Shown: positions 45,436 to 46,767 of the stretch, piece after piece
Position numbering within the stretch: the stretch's first letter is position 1
Layout: each line of letters begins with the position of its first letter
Assembly (NCBI GenBank): GCA_965242925.1
Contig: CBDEUM010000002.1
Location: 1-46,767, forward strand
Reading direction: 5' to 3'
DNA length: 46,767 nucleotides
Origin: Roseibacillus sp.
GTDB lineage: Bacteria; Verrucomicrobiota; Verrucomicrobiia; Verrucomicrobiales; Akkermansiaceae
Translations under genes and position numbers: made by a program
Notes under the pieces: generated by a model
Told to the model about the DNA's origin: nothing
Databases searched by the model: none
What the model saw: the letters and a program-made list of their open reading frames with translations, nothing else

Positions 45436-46596
45436 ATGGGCAGGAAACCGGAAGCTGAATCAAGTGCGCTCGGCTGCATCCTCTCCGGGACCTGGACCCT
45501 GGCCTCGCTCCCCTTCTGGCTCGGCGCGATTGGCCTTCTGCTGGTCTCCACCACCACGGCATCCAAGCTCTTTGCCATCGCCCTGATCTGTCTTCTGCCC
45601 GTCCCGCTCAATTTCCTCCACTGGCACAGTATCCGCCGGAAGATCATCAGTGTTCTCCTCCTCCTGGCCGGATCGATCTCCTTGTTCCTCTGCGCCCGGC
45701 AGGCCACGGGCTATGTCGACGATCCGGAAGCTGCCGCCCGGGTGATCTATCAAAACGACAACAGGCATTTCTCCTGCTCCCCGGCCAATCTTGTCCCCGA
45801 GATCGATCAGTATATCCTCGGTTCCTACCTCCTTGCATTGATTGATCCCAACCTGGGATGGAGCCAGGCCGCAGAACTCCGCAAGAACGTCAGGACTATC
45901 TATGATGACCTCGCGAAGGATGCCGAACTTGCAACCCTTCCGTGCGTGCTCGGTTCCGCCTACGGGGAAATGATCGGCCTGAAGCCCAAGCCGGGAATCC
46001 TGTTTGTCTACGTACCGGAAGGCCCGGGGCCGGACCCCCTCGAGGAAAAACCCGCCATTGTCTTTCTCCATGGCGGTCTTGGAAACTTCCAGGGCTGCTG
46101 GGCCCTCTGGAAACGATTTGCAGATGCAAACGGAGTGGCCATCGTGGCTCCCACTTTCGGTGGCGGCAATTGGTCTGGGGATGGGGGACTCGACGCCATC
46201 GAGCAGGCCCGCGAGTTCTGCGTCAATCATCCCCGCATCGATGGCGACAACCTGGTTCTGGCCGGCATCGCCAATGGCGGAACGGGAGTGATCCTCGGAG
46301 CTCGGGCCACTCCTGAAAAGTGGCGGGGCCTCCTCTTCCTCTCGCCCGTTATCGAAGGAAAGATTGTCGAGTCTGATGCCTTTGCCAACGGCTGGGGAGG
46401 ACGCAAGGCGCTCATCATCACGGGAGAACGGGACAAACACACAACCTCTGATTACGTCCGCAAGGCCGCAGCCGGCATGAAGGAGATCAAAATGGAACTG
46501 AAAGAGCATTACCTCCCCGACAGGGACCATTTCCTCATCTATTCCGACTGGCCTCGGTTGCAGACACTCATCGGAAAGTGGCTCAAGTCATTATGA
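45436..46596 (+). CDS. Membrane-anchored alpha/beta-hydrolase fold protein (nucleophile Ser replaced by Ala)
   Basis: Three N-terminal hydrophobic helices; PAIVFLHG..GN, AIVAP, LAGIANGG elbow, TGERD, DHF. Confidence 0.8.
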   Translation: MGRKPEAESSALGCILSGTWTLASLPFWLGAIGLLLVSTTTASKLFAIALICLLPVPLNFLHWHSIRRKIISVLLLLAGSISLFLCARQATGYVDDPEAAARVIYQNDNRHFSCSPANLVPEIDQYILGSYLLALIDPNLGWSQAAELRKNVRTIYDDLAKDAELATLPCVLGSAYGEMIGLKPKPGILFVYVPEGPGPDPLEEKPAIVFLHGGLGNFQGCWALWKRFADANGVAIVAPTFGGGNWSGDGGLDAIEQAREFCVNHPRIDGDNLVLAGIANGGTGVILGARATPEKWRGLLFLSPVIEGKIVESDAFANGWGGRKALIITGERDKHTTSDYVRKAAAGMKEIKMELKEHYLPDRDHFLIYSDWPRLQTLIGKWLKSL

Positions 46597-46767
46597 CCGT
46601 GGTGTCGGCGGCTTGCCGCCCGGTGGAGTGGTTGGGCCCCCGAATGCCCCTCGATGCTCCCTCCCGGGGAAAAAGATCCTTTGAGCTGGACCTTGTCCAT
46701 CCCCTTGAGAAATCTCGTCCCCAAACCCGCATGGGGAGCCTCCCATGAGTTTCATGAAGCCCTACAC

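Noticed and set aside
46591..46767. Short minus-strand ORFs at the window end
   Set aside because: No recognisable motifs, several frames equally plausible, and context is cut off by the window edge.

Overview
GC-rich bacterial chromosomal segment, most likely from a Verrucomicrobiota (PVC) organism. The assignment rests on a PEP-CTERM protein, DUF1501/DUF1553 and DUF1552/DUF1592 operons, four Cys-type sulfatases and a Chlamydia-like ribonucleotide reductase. About 34 protein-coding genes are recognisable; I saw no rRNA, tRNA, CRISPR array, integrase or transposase. Contents: glycan/sulfate-ester catabolism genes (4 sulfatases, a formylglycine-generating enzyme, an Asp-box sialidase-like protein, a DUF4432 epimerase, a DHDPS-like/TIM-barrel/Gfo-Idh-MocA trio), an nrdB-nrdA operon with an NrdR box, two PVC-specific heme/PSD operons, a SET-domain gene, yceH, an EF-G paralogue and a molybdenum cofactor cluster with a mobA-moaD fusion. 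Most notable: (1) the RNR looks like tyrosyl-radical-free class Ic (Mn/Fe), with Leu at the radical site and three ATP cones; (2) a membrane-spanning protein joins an apparently catalytically dead metallophosphoesterase to two LamG domains; (3) a secreted His-rich (RHHEGDRE)n repeat protein is broken by frameshifts; (4) lectin-like domains are inserted into both PSD proteins. Several indels suggest consensus errors in the assembly, so single-base claims need read-level checks. All family assignments come from motif recognition by eye; no database searches were run.
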